A model generated the notes under the pieces. It did no database searches. It had not been told where the DNA came from and saw only the letters and a list, made by a program, of their open reading frames with translations. Positions 28,029-37,230 of a stretch of 64,000 nucleotides of DNA are shown here, piece by piece. The first letter of the stretch is position 1. Each line of letters opens with the position of its first letter. The DNA lies in assembly GCA_002345965.1 (NCBI GenBank), contig DDTF01000017.1:106453-170452 (forward strand), in the 5' to 3' direction. Position numbers and translations under genes: made by a program. Origin of the DNA: Flammeovirgaceae bacterium UBA2371. GTDB taxonomy: Bacteria > Bacteroidota > Bacteroidia > Cytophagales > Cyclobacteriaceae.

Positions 28029-29864
28029 ATGATGAAAAAATTTAAAATTGGCGGTGCTACCGTTAATCAAACTCCAATAGACTGGAATAATAACACCCGT
28101 AATATCCTTCAGGCAATCCATGCTGCCAAAAATCAAAAGATAGATTTACTCTGCTTCCCAGAACTCTGCCTCACAGGATATGGCTGTGAAGACCTGTTCC
28201 TCTCGGACTGGCTCTCAGAAAAAGCATGGGTGGAATTGGAAAAGATCATTCCTGAAGTGAATGACATGATGGTTTGCATTGGTATGCCCATTCGAATCGA
28301 TGGCATTACCTACAATGGTGTAAGCGTCATCCACAATCAGGAAATACTGGGTATTGTATTAAAACAAAATCTAGCCAAAGATGGTGTGCATTACGAGCCC
28401 CGATGGTTTGAACCCTGGCCACCCCACACGATCAGGCAAATTGTAAGAGGAAATCACCATGTGAAAGTGGGCGATCTCACTTTTGAATGCCAAGGAGTGT
28501 CTGTAGGCTTTGAAATATGTGAAGATGCCTGGCGAAAAATACGTCCAGCTGATAATCTGGTAAATCGCAACATTGAATTAATCCTCAATCCCAGCGCAAG
28601 TCATTTTGCCATGAGCAAGAGCCCATCCCGGGAAGAACTGGTGAAGGCGAGCTCAAAGAAATATAACTGTGCCTATGGTTATGTCAATCTGTTGGGCAAC
28701 GAAGCCGGGCGCATGATTTATGATGGTGACATCTTGTTTGCCAGACATGGCGAAATAATCCAACGCAACCCAAGGCTTTCTCTGCAGTCGTTTGTACTGC
28801 AAGCCTGCGAGATCGATTTTAATGACCACTCGGAAAAAGCCTATCGACCCAACCCTGATATTACCGAAAAAAATGAAGAGTTTGCGCAGGCAACTAGTCT
28901 TGCACTTTTTGATTACCTCCGAAAAAGCAAATCAAAAGGATTTGTATTAAGCCTCAGCGGTGGAGCCGATTCGGCCTGTTGTGCCATATTAGTGGCTGAA
29001 ATGGTGAGGCGCGGTAGCCGTCAGTTGGGATGGGATCAATTCAACAGCGCTTTGGGAATTCAGTCAAAAAACGAAAAAGAGGCTACCCATCAACTGCTTA
29101 CTTGTGCCTATCAGGGCACGCGCAACTCCTCAGAAAAAACACTCCATGCCGCCAAAACATTAGCAGAATCGATAGGAGCTTGCTTCCACCAATGGCTGGT
29201 AGATGATGAAGTGGAATCGTACAAACACAAAATCGAGCAAGTGCTGGACAGGCCTTTGACCTGGAAACAAGACGACATTGCCCTTCAAAATATTCAGGCA
29301 CGTTCACGTTCACCCATCATTTGGATGCTGGCCAATATCAAACAGTCTCTATTACTTACCACTTCCAACCGCAGTGAAGGTGATGTTGGCTACGCTACCA
29401 TGGATGGCGACACCAGCGGAAGCCTTGCTCCCATCGCAGGGGTAGACAAACCCTTCATCCTTCAATGGCTAAAGTGGGCCGAAACGCAGCTGGGCTATGA
29501 AGGATTGTCGGCAGTCAATAACCTGAAACCCACCGCGGAGCTAAGGCCTGCCACTTCAGAACAAACTGATGAAAAAGACCTGATGCCCTACCCATTGTTG
29601 GTGCGCATTGAGAAATTGGCCATTAGGGACCGAAAATCCCCCAAGGAAGTGTATGACCAGCTTTCGGATGAATTTGATCAGAAATTACTACAAAAATCAG
29701 TAGTTAAGTTTTTCAGACTTTGGGCCATCAACCAGTGGAAAAGAGAGCGCATTGCCCCTTCTTTCCACCTGGACGACCTAAACGTGGATCCCCGAAGCTG
29801 GTGTAGGTTCCCGATTTTATCAGGTGGATTTCAGGATGAACTGGCATTTTTAGCTGAAAAGTAG
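28029..29864 (+). CDS. nadE: glutamine-dependent NAD+ synthase
   Basis: 611 aa. N-terminal CN-hydrolase domain (FPELCLTGYGCEDLF, EICEDAW) and C-terminal NAD synthetase domain with the LSGGADS ATP-PPase motif. Confidence 0.85.
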   Translation: MMKKFKIGGATVNQTPIDWNNNTRNILQAIHAAKNQKIDLLCFPELCLTGYGCEDLFLSDWLSEKAWVELEKIIPEVNDMMVCIGMPIRIDGITYNGVSVIHNQEILGIVLKQNLAKDGVHYEPRWFEPWPPHTIRQIVRGNHHVKVGDLTFECQGVSVGFEICEDAWRKIRPADNLVNRNIELILNPSASHFAMSKSPSREELVKASSKKYNCAYGYVNLLGNEAGRMIYDGDILFARHGEIIQRNPRLSLQSFVLQACEIDFNDHSEKAYRPNPDITEKNEEFAQATSLALFDYLRKSKSKGFVLSLSGGADSACCAILVAEMVRRGSRQLGWDQFNSALGIQSKNEKEATHQLLTCAYQGTRNSSEKTLHAAKTLAESIGACFHQWLVDDEVESYKHKIEQVLDRPLTWKQDDIALQNIQARSRSPIIWMLANIKQSLLLTTSNRSEGDVGYATMDGDTSGSLAPIAGVDKPFILQWLKWAETQLGYEGLSAVNNLKPTAELRPATSEQTDEKDLMPYPLLVRIEKLAIRDRKSPKEVYDQLSDEFDQKLLQKSVVKFFRLWAINQWKRERIAPSFHLDDLNVDPRSWCRFPILSGGFQDELAFLAEK

Positions 29865-29936
29865 GCTTTGGCCATTGGCCTTAAGCTAATATCTTTGCAG
29901 GTCAAAAAATTGCTTTTCACTTCTTAATAGATCTCA

Positions 29937-31049
29937 ATGCTGAGTTACATCATTTGGAATGCCAATCCTGAATTACTTTCAATAGGTTCATTTTCACTTC
30001 GTTGGTACGGGTTGCTCTTTGCACTTGGATTCTTGCTCAGCCAGCAGATACTCTATTACATTTATCGAAAAGAAGGCAAACCAGAAAAAGACATTGATAC
30101 ACTTACCATTTATATGGTAATAGCCACAATTGTGGGTGCCAGGCTGGGTCATATCTTCTTTTATCAACCCGAACTGCTGTGGGAAAATCCACTTGGTGTT
30201 TTTCTTCCTTTTGAGTTTACACCTGAATTTAGGTTCACAGGCCTTCAGGGATTAGCCAGTCATGGTGCAGCCATTGGTATTCTTTTCGCATTGTGGCTTT
30301 ATAGCAGGAAAAAGAAAATAGGCCAAAATTACCTTCAGGTATTGGATCGAATTGTAATCGTTGTGGCACTAACGGGTTGCCTTATTCGACTGGGTAACTT
30401 TTTCAATTCAGAAATCATCGGTAAACCCACAGAAGCTGGTACCGGTGTTGTTTTTGTAGGCCGTGTAGAAGAGGCGCTGATGCGTGATGATGGAAACAAT
30501 CCTGTGGAGTCCATTAGCATTTCAAAAAATGAGGAGCTGCCCAAAGGCATGAACGGAAGAGTTCCCATCAACATATATCTCTTTTTCAAGCAAGGCACTA
30601 ATCAGGAAACTGCAGAGCAGTTTAGCGAAACCAACGCAAAATATTATCTAACCCGTCTGTATGAATTCATAGACGAACCTCCGCGTACCGATTTACAATA
30701 CGAACTGTTTCAAGAGAAGTCAGGCACGTTGGTGGCCAAAATAAATACCTTTGGTATTTCAAGGCATCCAGCCCAACTCTATGAATCTATTTCGTGCCTG
30801 TTGCTCTTTGCTTTTTTATTCTGGATATGGTCTAAAGAAAAAGAAAAAATCGCTACAGGAAAGATCTTTGGGATATTCATGGTAATTCTCTGGTCTTTGA
30901 GGTTCCTGTATGAATTCTTAAAAGAAAACCAGGTGGCCTTTGAAGATGATCTCACACTGAACATGGGACAAATACTGAGTATACCCATGGTACTGGTGGG
31001 TATTGCCGTCCTCATTTGGTCCAAGCGCAACGCGCAAAACAAAACCTGA
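29937..31049 (+). CDS. lgt: prolipoprotein diacylglyceryl transferase
   Basis: 370 aa. Has LRWYGLLFALGF, GARLGH, RLGNFFNSE and RHPAQLYES, the Lgt motifs. Confidence 0.85.
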   Translation: MLSYIIWNANPELLSIGSFSLRWYGLLFALGFLLSQQILYYIYRKEGKPEKDIDTLTIYMVIATIVGARLGHIFFYQPELLWENPLGVFLPFEFTPEFRFTGLQGLASHGAAIGILFALWLYSRKKKIGQNYLQVLDRIVIVVALTGCLIRLGNFFNSEIIGKPTEAGTGVVFVGRVEEALMRDDGNNPVESISISKNEELPKGMNGRVPINIYLFFKQGTNQETAEQFSETNAKYYLTRLYEFIDEPPRTDLQYELFQEKSGTLVAKINTFGISRHPAQLYESISCLLLFAFLFWIWSKEKEKIATGKIFGIFMVILWSLRFLYEFLKENQVAFEDDLTLNMGQILSIPMVLVGIAVLIWSKRNAQNKT

Positions 31050-31074
31050 TTAATTTTTATTCGAAAATTCCGGG

Positions 31075-32529
31075 ATGCGAGTGAGGTTGGCCATTTTAGC
31101 AATAAGTATTTTACTGGGCACAGCAGCCTGGTCACAGAATACGAATGGTCGAAAGGGAAAAGAAGTAGTTTATAATGAACTGGACACTGTTGAATATCAA
31201 TTACTGGAAGTAAACAGAATACTGATTGTTGGCAACAAAACTACCCTCGATAGAATCATTCAACGCGAACTTAGTCTTAAGCCAGGAGACACCATCAGCA
31301 ACAAAAACATTTCTCAGGTTCTCCTAAGGGACAAAAACAAAATCTACAATCTCCGTCTGTTCAACACAGTAGAAATCCGTCCCATTTTATTATCACTCAA
31401 CAAAGTAGATTTACTGATAGAAGTGACTGAGCGCTGGTATACCTTTCCTGTGCCCATTTTTGAACTATCAGATCGTAATTTCAACGAATGGTGGCAAACC
31501 TACGATCACGACCTCGGAAGGGTAAACTACGGGCTGCGATTATACCAGTACAACTTTCGTGGAAGAAATGAAACACTTCGGTTCACGGGCCAGTTTGGTT
31601 TTTCCAGACGATTTGATATCGCCTATTCAATACCTAATCTCGATCGCAACCAAAAGCAGGGCTTGTCATTTCTCTTTTCTTACGCCCAACCCAAGAACCT
31701 TTCCTACTTTACACAGGATCATAAATTACTTTTTCTAAAATCCAGAAATGTATTGCGCACCAATTCACTGGTTGCAATCAACTATTCTTACCGTAAATCA
31801 TTCTACGAAACCCATAATGTGGGATTGGAATACCGGTATTCAGTAATTGCTGATACCATTGCCCTGCTCAATCCCAACTATTATGGCAATGGCGAAACAA
31901 AACAGCAATATGAAGCCATCAGCTATTCTTTCAATTCCGATCACCGCGATGTGATGGCCTATCCCCTGAATGGACATCAGTCCAACATCTTCCTCAAAAA
32001 AATTGGATTAGGGTTTAGTAGTGAAGTAGATCAGTTTGAAGTCAACCTGACCCATGCTCGATACCTCGATCTGAAAAACGGATACTATTTTTCCAACTTT
32101 TCTTCTGCCTACCTAAGCACACCCCAGTCGCAACCTTACTCATTGTACAATGCCATCGGCTATCGCAGACAGTTTTTAAGAGGCTATGAAATATTCTTAA
32201 TTGAGGGATCTCGTTTTATCATGAACAAATCCACCTTAAAGAAAAGAATTTTTACGCGAGGATGGCATTTTACCAACATGCCACACGAGCAGTTCAGTTA
32301 TTTCCCACTTTCGATTTACATCAAAGGATATGTTGACGTTGGTTATGTTGAAAATTTTTCCCGCTATCAGGAGTTATTAATAAACAATTCGCTTTCCAAC
32401 AGGTTTTTGATCGGTGCTGGCGGAGGTATTGACGTAGTCACTTTCTATGACATGGTGTTGCGTTTTGAATACAGCTTCACACGGGAAGGCAAACACGGCT
32501 TTTTCTTCAATATCAAAAAAGAATTTTAG
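31075..32529 (+). CDS. Omp85 (BamA/TamA)-family outer membrane protein with one POTRA-like domain
   Basis: 484 aa. Signal peptide, a POTRA-like segment (ILIVGNKTTLDRIIQRELSLKPGDTIS), then an aromatic-rich barrel ending ...FFFNIKKEF. Confidence 0.65.
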   Translation: MRVRLAILAISILLGTAAWSQNTNGRKGKEVVYNELDTVEYQLLEVNRILIVGNKTTLDRIIQRELSLKPGDTISNKNISQVLLRDKNKIYNLRLFNTVEIRPILLSLNKVDLLIEVTERWYTFPVPIFELSDRNFNEWWQTYDHDLGRVNYGLRLYQYNFRGRNETLRFTGQFGFSRRFDIAYSIPNLDRNQKQGLSFLFSYAQPKNLSYFTQDHKLLFLKSRNVLRTNSLVAINYSYRKSFYETHNVGLEYRYSVIADTIALLNPNYYGNGETKQQYEAISYSFNSDHRDVMAYPLNGHQSNIFLKKIGLGFSSEVDQFEVNLTHARYLDLKNGYYFSNFSSAYLSTPQSQPYSLYNAIGYRRQFLRGYEIFLIEGSRFIMNKSTLKKRIFTRGWHFTNMPHEQFSYFPLSIYIKGYVDVGYVENFSRYQELLINNSLSNRFLIGAGGGIDVVTFYDMVLRFEYSFTREGKHGFFFNIKKEF

Positions 32530-33230
32530 GGCTTGTAGCGTTTGTACACCTTCTGTTTTCCCTTGAAATAGGAATACCATACACCTGAAGGCTCCCCCAT
32601 TGTATAGCTGCCTTCGTAGATCAATTGACCCTCATCCGAATAGAATTTCCACAGCCCATCTTCTTTCCCAAGGTGATAGCCTCCTTCCTGTACCAGCACC
32701 CCTGCGTTATTATAAATAAAAGTCTTTCCTTCAGGTAAACCATTTTCGTAGGTGATCATTCTTTCAAGTTGTCCATTTTCAAAATAATGGAGCCACTGCC
32801 CATCATAGCTGCTGTTGACATAAATACCTTTCTTATCCAGCATCCCATTTTCATGATAATAAAATGCGGAATCGGTTATATTGCCGGCATTCCATTGCTC
32901 CTCACCCTGAATCTTTCCAGAAGGATAATAGTAAATCACTTTGCCATGCAAAACACCTTCTTTATAATTTTCAACGCTGTTCCTTTTTCCTGACGGGTAG
33001 TAGTACAACCATTCTCCAGTCTTTACCCCATTCACTACCCTGCCACTGGATTTTTTTTCACCCGATGCATACCGCTCTTCCGTCAATGATTGGGCATTCC
33101 CGACAAAGGAAATTCCAATTATTATACCCAATAAACTAGGAATTTTCACAACTATTTTTTTAACTTTTAATAAACTTTTCACTTTGGCCACGAGATTCAT
33201 CCTGGTTCTGATTTTGGTAGCCATTCCCAA
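32526..33230 (-). CDS. MORN-repeat (YwqK-like) protein, probably exported
   Basis: Repeated units GEWLYYYPSGK, HGKVIYYYPSGK, DGQWLHYFENGQ, EGKTFIYNNAG, DGLWKFYSDEGQ and SGVWYSYFKG. The true start is probably internal (ATG 33200 or a GTG near 33182), because the track start overlaps the divergent gene. Confidence 0.7.
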   Translation of the reverse strand: MGMATKIRTRMNLVAKVKSLLKVKKIVVKIPSLLGIIIGISFVGNAQSLTEERYASGEKKSSGRVVNGVKTGEWLYYYPSGKRNSVENYKEGVLHGKVIYYYPSGKIQGEEQWNAGNITDSAFYYHENGMLDKKGIYVNSSYDGQWLHYFENGQLERMITYENGLPEGKTFIYNNAGVLVQEGGYHLGKEDGLWKFYSDEGQLIYEGSYTMGEPSGVWYSYFKGKQKVYKRYKP

Positions 33231-34014
33231 AATTACGAAACCTCAAAGTGTTTCTACGCTCATGGGGTCTCGAAGTGCAGCATTGGCCTATGCCTCCTCC
33301 ACACTGTCGGACGATTGGGCCATATTCAACAACATCGCAGGCATGGCAAAGATAAATACTGCCTCGTCCAATTTCGCCTATTCCATCAATCCATCTCTTC
33401 CGGGTGCAGATCGGGCTGCTGCCTCCCTCCTCGCTCCGGTAAAAATTGGCACTTTTGGTATAGGTGTATTTCGTTTCGGAGATGAATTGTACAGCGAGCA
33501 AGTGCTCTCAGCCGGATATGCCAATCAATTTGGACTTGCTGCATTGGGGATGAAAGTAAACTATGTGCAATATCGTGCAGAGGGCGTTGGTACCCATTCG
33601 GCAGTGAGTTTACACCTCGGTGGCATAGCAACCCTTTCGCCCAAAGTAATGGTGGGCGCTTATATCATCAACCTGAACCGACCCGAAATTTCAAACGCTA
33701 TCAAGGAACGACTTCCGGCCAAACTCATCACTGGCGTACAGTTTCACCCAGAGGAAAAACTTATCCTGTTGGCAGAAATAGAAAAAGATCTTCATTATAA
33801 ACCTACCCTCAAAGGAGGAGTGGAATATCAGTTTTTTAAAAAAGTGAGTTTCCGCACTGGTTTTAATCTTGGGCCCAATAGTGTGCACGGTGGCATTGGA
33901 TATCAGTCGGCACGTTTATACATCGACTATGCCATGCACTACAGCACCTCTCTGCTGTCCACCTTTCAGCTCGCTACCAGTTATCGTTTTGGTCAACCAA
34001 AGAAACAGGAATGA
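33184..34014 (+). CDS. predicted small outer-membrane beta-barrel (FadL/PorV/PorQ-like N-terminal motif)
   Basis: 276 aa, TTG start. Signal-like N-terminus, a GSRSAALAYASS...WAIFNNIAGMA motif and alternating-hydrophobic strands. ATGA overlap with the next gene. Confidence 0.45.
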   Translation: MATRFILVLILVAIPKITKPQSVSTLMGSRSAALAYASSTLSDDWAIFNNIAGMAKINTASSNFAYSINPSLPGADRAAASLLAPVKIGTFGIGVFRFGDELYSEQVLSAGYANQFGLAALGMKVNYVQYRAEGVGTHSAVSLHLGGIATLSPKVMVGAYIINLNRPEISNAIKERLPAKLITGVQFHPEEKLILLAEIEKDLHYKPTLKGGVEYQFFKKVSFRTGFNLGPNSVHGGIGYQSARLYIDYAMHYSTSLLSTFQLATSYRFGQPKKQE

Positions 34015-36053
34015 AAACAAGCTGCTGGCTTTGCTTTCTTATGCTAATGGCTGAGATCACTGCCGCGCAGGAATATCCACTGAAAGAGTATGACCTTGAA
34101 AAGCTGGCCGAAGATATTTTTGCCATTCAGGATGCTGATGTCGATTATGAACTCCTTTATGAAAACCTTGCTCAAATCTTATCCAATCCAATCGATCTCA
34201 ACCGGGCTTCAGCTGAACAGTTGAGATCACTTTATATTTTGAATGAAATTCAAATCAACAATCTTATCCGCTACAGGGATGAGCAGGTAAGATTGATGTC
34301 GGTGTACGAACTTCAAACCCTGCCCGGATGGGATGAAGCTACTCTATCCAGAATCATTCCCTTTGTTACTGTTCAATCCCCAAAAGAAAATGCAAGGTCT
34401 TTGTTCAACAGAATAATCCACGAGCCCAATAATTATTTTTTGGTTCGCTACAACAGAACCCTTGAGGACAGGCGAGGTTATCTCTACAACCCTGCCTCGA
34501 CTACCAACTATGAAGGCACACCGGATAGAATTTACAACCGTTTCCGGGTTGCCCGTGCCTCAGATTTCAGTTTAGGATTCACGCTGGAAAAAGATGCAGG
34601 AGAAACGTGGAAATGGGATCCGAAAAACAAAAAATATGGTTTTGATTATACTTCCTTTCACGCGCAAGTACTCAACAAGGGTATTGTCAGCAACATCACA
34701 TTGGGAGACTTTCAGGCACAATTTGGACAGGGATTAATACTGGGTGGTGGATTTGGCGTGGGTAAAGGAGCAGAAACCATCACAACAATTCGAAGAAGTA
34801 ACATCGGTTTTCTTCCGTACACTTCACTGAATGAAACCGGTTTTTTCAGAGGTGCGGCCATCAGCCTCCAACCCTTAAAAGGACTGGCATTCCATGCTTT
34901 CGCCTCCCGAAATTGGATTGACGGATCGGCAGATTCAACAGGGCTGCCGCTTACTTCCATTGCTGTGTCTGGCCTGCACCGAACGCCCAATGAATTAGCC
35001 AAAAGAAAAATCGCACTTGAAACCAACTATGGCAGCATCATGAGTTTCAAACTTCAAGCCCTTGAATTGGGTGCCATTTTTCATCGTACAGAATTTAGTC
35101 AACCCGTTCTCAGAAATCCCACCCTTTATAATCAATTCTATTTTAGCGGAGCTGCCAATACCAACGGTAGTCTTTACCTCAACTATACCTGGAACAATAT
35201 CACCTTCTTTGGTGAAGTAGCGCACACCATGAATCATGGAAATGCATTGGTACTGGGAATGCTTTCCAGCCTCACACCACAGTTTGACCTGGCCTTGTCC
35301 TACAGAAATTACGACAGGGACTTTCATTCCTTTTATGGCAACGCACTCTCCGAAAACACCACTGCACAGAATGAATCCGGCTATTACCTGGGGTGGAAAT
35401 ATCGGTTCAATAAACTACATCAGCTGGCAGGTTACAGTGACTTGTTTCAATTTCCATGGGTTCGCTACCGGGGCTATGCCCCTTCATCGGGTCATGAATG
35501 GCTGCTCAGGTACACCCATCAACCCAATCGCAAGGTGACTTTTTATTTGCAGGCACGAGAAGAAAATAAAATCAGAAATCGAACAGAAAGCATTAATTTA
35601 TATACCACCGAAAACGGCATCAAAAGAAACTATTGGATCAATCTGGATTATGAGGTAAGTGCTTCCTTGAGCTTTAAATCAAGGATACAATTCAGCACTT
35701 TCATTTTTGAGCATCAACAAACGCAAGGCCTTGCCATTGTACAGGACTTGAACTGGAAATGGAAAAGAATTACCCTTTCTACCCGATATGCGTTATTCGA
35801 CACCGATGATTTTGACAACCGCCAATACGTTTTTGAAAAAGATGTGTGGCTGGCCTATTCATTCCCCTTTTACAACGGATTAGGTATACGCAGTTATGCC
35901 ATGATCCGGTATGAACTGGCCAGAAAAATTGACTTGTGGTTAAAATGGTCCCGTATTCAATATGAAGGCCGGGAAACAATCGGCTCAGGGAGTGAAACGA
36001 TAGAGGGCAATTCGATGAATGATGTTAAATTGCAGGCACGAATTAGGTTCTAA
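34011..36053 (+). CDS. helix-hairpin-helix (ComEA-like) domain protein fused to a large predicted outer-membrane beta-barrel
   Basis: 680 aa. Signal peptide ...MAEITAAQ. Residues 60-121 (NPIDLNRASAEQLRSL...YELQTLPGWDEATLSRIIPFVTV) match the tandem HhH pattern of ComEA. The remaining ~560 aa are Y/F/W/G-rich strands ending KLQARIRF (C-terminal Phe). Confidence 0.65.
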   Translation: MKTSCWLCFLMLMAEITAAQEYPLKEYDLEKLAEDIFAIQDADVDYELLYENLAQILSNPIDLNRASAEQLRSLYILNEIQINNLIRYRDEQVRLMSVYELQTLPGWDEATLSRIIPFVTVQSPKENARSLFNRIIHEPNNYFLVRYNRTLEDRRGYLYNPASTTNYEGTPDRIYNRFRVARASDFSLGFTLEKDAGETWKWDPKNKKYGFDYTSFHAQVLNKGIVSNITLGDFQAQFGQGLILGGGFGVGKGAETITTIRRSNIGFLPYTSLNETGFFRGAAISLQPLKGLAFHAFASRNWIDGSADSTGLPLTSIAVSGLHRTPNELAKRKIALETNYGSIMSFKLQALELGAIFHRTEFSQPVLRNPTLYNQFYFSGAANTNGSLYLNYTWNNITFFGEVAHTMNHGNALVLGMLSSLTPQFDLALSYRNYDRDFHSFYGNALSENTTAQNESGYYLGWKYRFNKLHQLAGYSDLFQFPWVRYRGYAPSSGHEWLLRYTHQPNRKVTFYLQAREENKIRNRTESINLYTTENGIKRNYWINLDYEVSASLSFKSRIQFSTFIFEHQQTQGLAIVQDLNWKWKRITLSTRYALFDTDDFDNRQYVFEKDVWLAYSFPFYNGLGIRSYAMIRYELARKIDLWLKWSRIQYEGRETIGSGSETIEGNSMNDVKLQARIRF

Positions 36054-36056
36054 AAA

Positions 36057-36161
36057 ATGCATGCAGTAGATCTGGTAAGTCCTTCCGTTTTGGTGGTCAT
36101 GTTCATAGGATTGGTGGCTTTTGTATTCATATTCCGCTATATCTTTAAAAACAAGCGATAG
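36057..36161 (+). CDS. candidate 34-aa single-TM micro-protein (unannotated)
   Basis: My translation is MHAVDLVSPSVLVVMFIGLVAFVFIFRYIFKNKR. ATG lies 3 nt after the upstream stop, there is one hydrophobic helix plus a basic tail, and the stop codon is embedded in a hairpin. Below the ORF-track size cut-off. Could be chance. Confidence 0.25.
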   Translation: MHAVDLVSPSVLVVMFIGLVAFVFIFRYIFKNKR

Positions 36162-36189
36162 TCCACCGAACTTATATCTTTCGGTGGAC
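36161..36189 (+). terminator. perfect 10-bp hairpin closing the barrel gene pair (no U-tract)
   Basis: GTCCACCGAA (36161-36170) pairs with TTCGGTGGAC (36180-36189) around a 9-nt loop. It is followed by AACCAAG, so it is not a canonical intrinsic terminator. Confidence 0.35.
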
Positions 36190-36440
36190 AACCAAGTATC
36201 CTTTCACCCGCTGCTCGTACCATCGGAAGTGAACCCTGGCACCATGGAGCATGCAACCCCACACCCCGGTGAATAGGACCAAGCACCATTGCAGTGATCT
36301 TTTACTTTGATGTGCACTTCAGTCGTTAGCTTAACCCGGATAAAGTTTTTTGATCGAGTCTATGGGCCCTTCAGCCAAGTAAATTCCAGTTTATCGCCAT
36401 ATTCTGCTTACTTGCACCTTGAATAACCACGCGAATACCT

Positions 36441-37166
36441 ATGAGAACGTTACCTATTGTATTGCTTACTTTAATGGCTGTTACTGCAACTTTTGCGCAA
36501 GTCACCAAAAAAACATTGGAACTGCCTGAATTCAAAAGTATTTATGTCAACTCCAATTATACAGTTTACTTAAAACAGACCAACAAACAAGAAGTGAAGG
36601 TAGAAGCCCTCATGGAGATCTACGAAGCCACAGAAATCAAAGTGGAGGATGGCATATTGATGATCAATGTAGAGCGCAAACCCGATGCGCCCAACAAAAG
36701 TCTTTGGGCCAAAATTGACGACATCAAACTCAACCCTACCATGAAAGTTTATGTGAGTATGAAAGACATCAACGTACTACAAGTGAACGGAAAGGGAAGA
36801 ATCATCTCTGAGAACTCAATCGCCTCCGATGATTTGGAATTGTCACTCACCGGTAGCGGATCGATGGACATAGATGTAAAAGGCAAAAAACTTACCACAG
36901 AAGTAAGCGGATCGGGCATACTGGCTTTGAAAGGTTATGCTACTACCAACAAAATTTCACTGAGCGGGACTGGAAGCATCAATGCATTCAACTGCGAACT
37001 GGATAATGCCACTGTAAAAGTTGGTGGCAGCGGCATTGTGGAAATAAAAGTAAACGAAACCATGGATGCCTATGTAATGGGCAGTGGTGCCATAAAACAC
37101 AAAGGCAACACCAAAAAGGTTACCAAAAAGGTATATGGATCAGGGTCCATAGACCGCGCTTATTAG
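36441..37166 (+). CDS. DUF2807 / head-GIN-domain (putative autotransporter-adhesin head) protein
   Basis: 241 aa. Signal peptide, then repeated GSG beta-units (LTGSGSMDI, VSGSGILAL, LSGTGSINA, VGGSGIVEI, VMGSGAIKH, VYGSGSI). Confidence 0.7.
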   Translation: MRTLPIVLLTLMAVTATFAQVTKKTLELPEFKSIYVNSNYTVYLKQTNKQEVKVEALMEIYEATEIKVEDGILMINVERKPDAPNKSLWAKIDDIKLNPTMKVYVSMKDINVLQVNGKGRIISENSIASDDLELSLTGSGSMDIDVKGKKLTTEVSGSGILALKGYATTNKISLSGTGSINAFNCELDNATVKVGGSGIVEIKVNETMDAYVMGSGAIKHKGNTKKVTKKVYGSGSIDRAY

Positions 37167-37230
37167 CAGGACCAACCTCGGTTGTTTTCAGTAACGAAGC
37201 TCGTTATCTTGCTTTGAAAACAACCTCAGT

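Noticed and set aside
30387-30764. Apparent large insertion in Lgt (370 aa versus about 290 aa in E. coli)
   Set aside because: Counting between the conserved RLGNFxN and RHPxQLYE motifs gives only about 30 extra residues relative to what I recall for E. coli. The rest is terminal extension. This is likely normal lineage variation.
33160-33230. Head-to-head overlap of the MORN-repeat gene and the small barrel gene
   Set aside because: This is most simply an artefact of longest-ORF start choice. The MORN gene has in-frame ATG/GTG starts further in, and the barrel gene uses a TTG. It is not evidence of real overlapping divergent genes.
36137-36289. 50-aa minus-strand ORF in the spacer after the HhH-barrel gene
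   Set aside because: It overlaps the hairpin and the + strand micro-ORF. Its composition is Gly/Pro/Arg-rich with no TM or motif, and no upstream gene or promoter context supports it.
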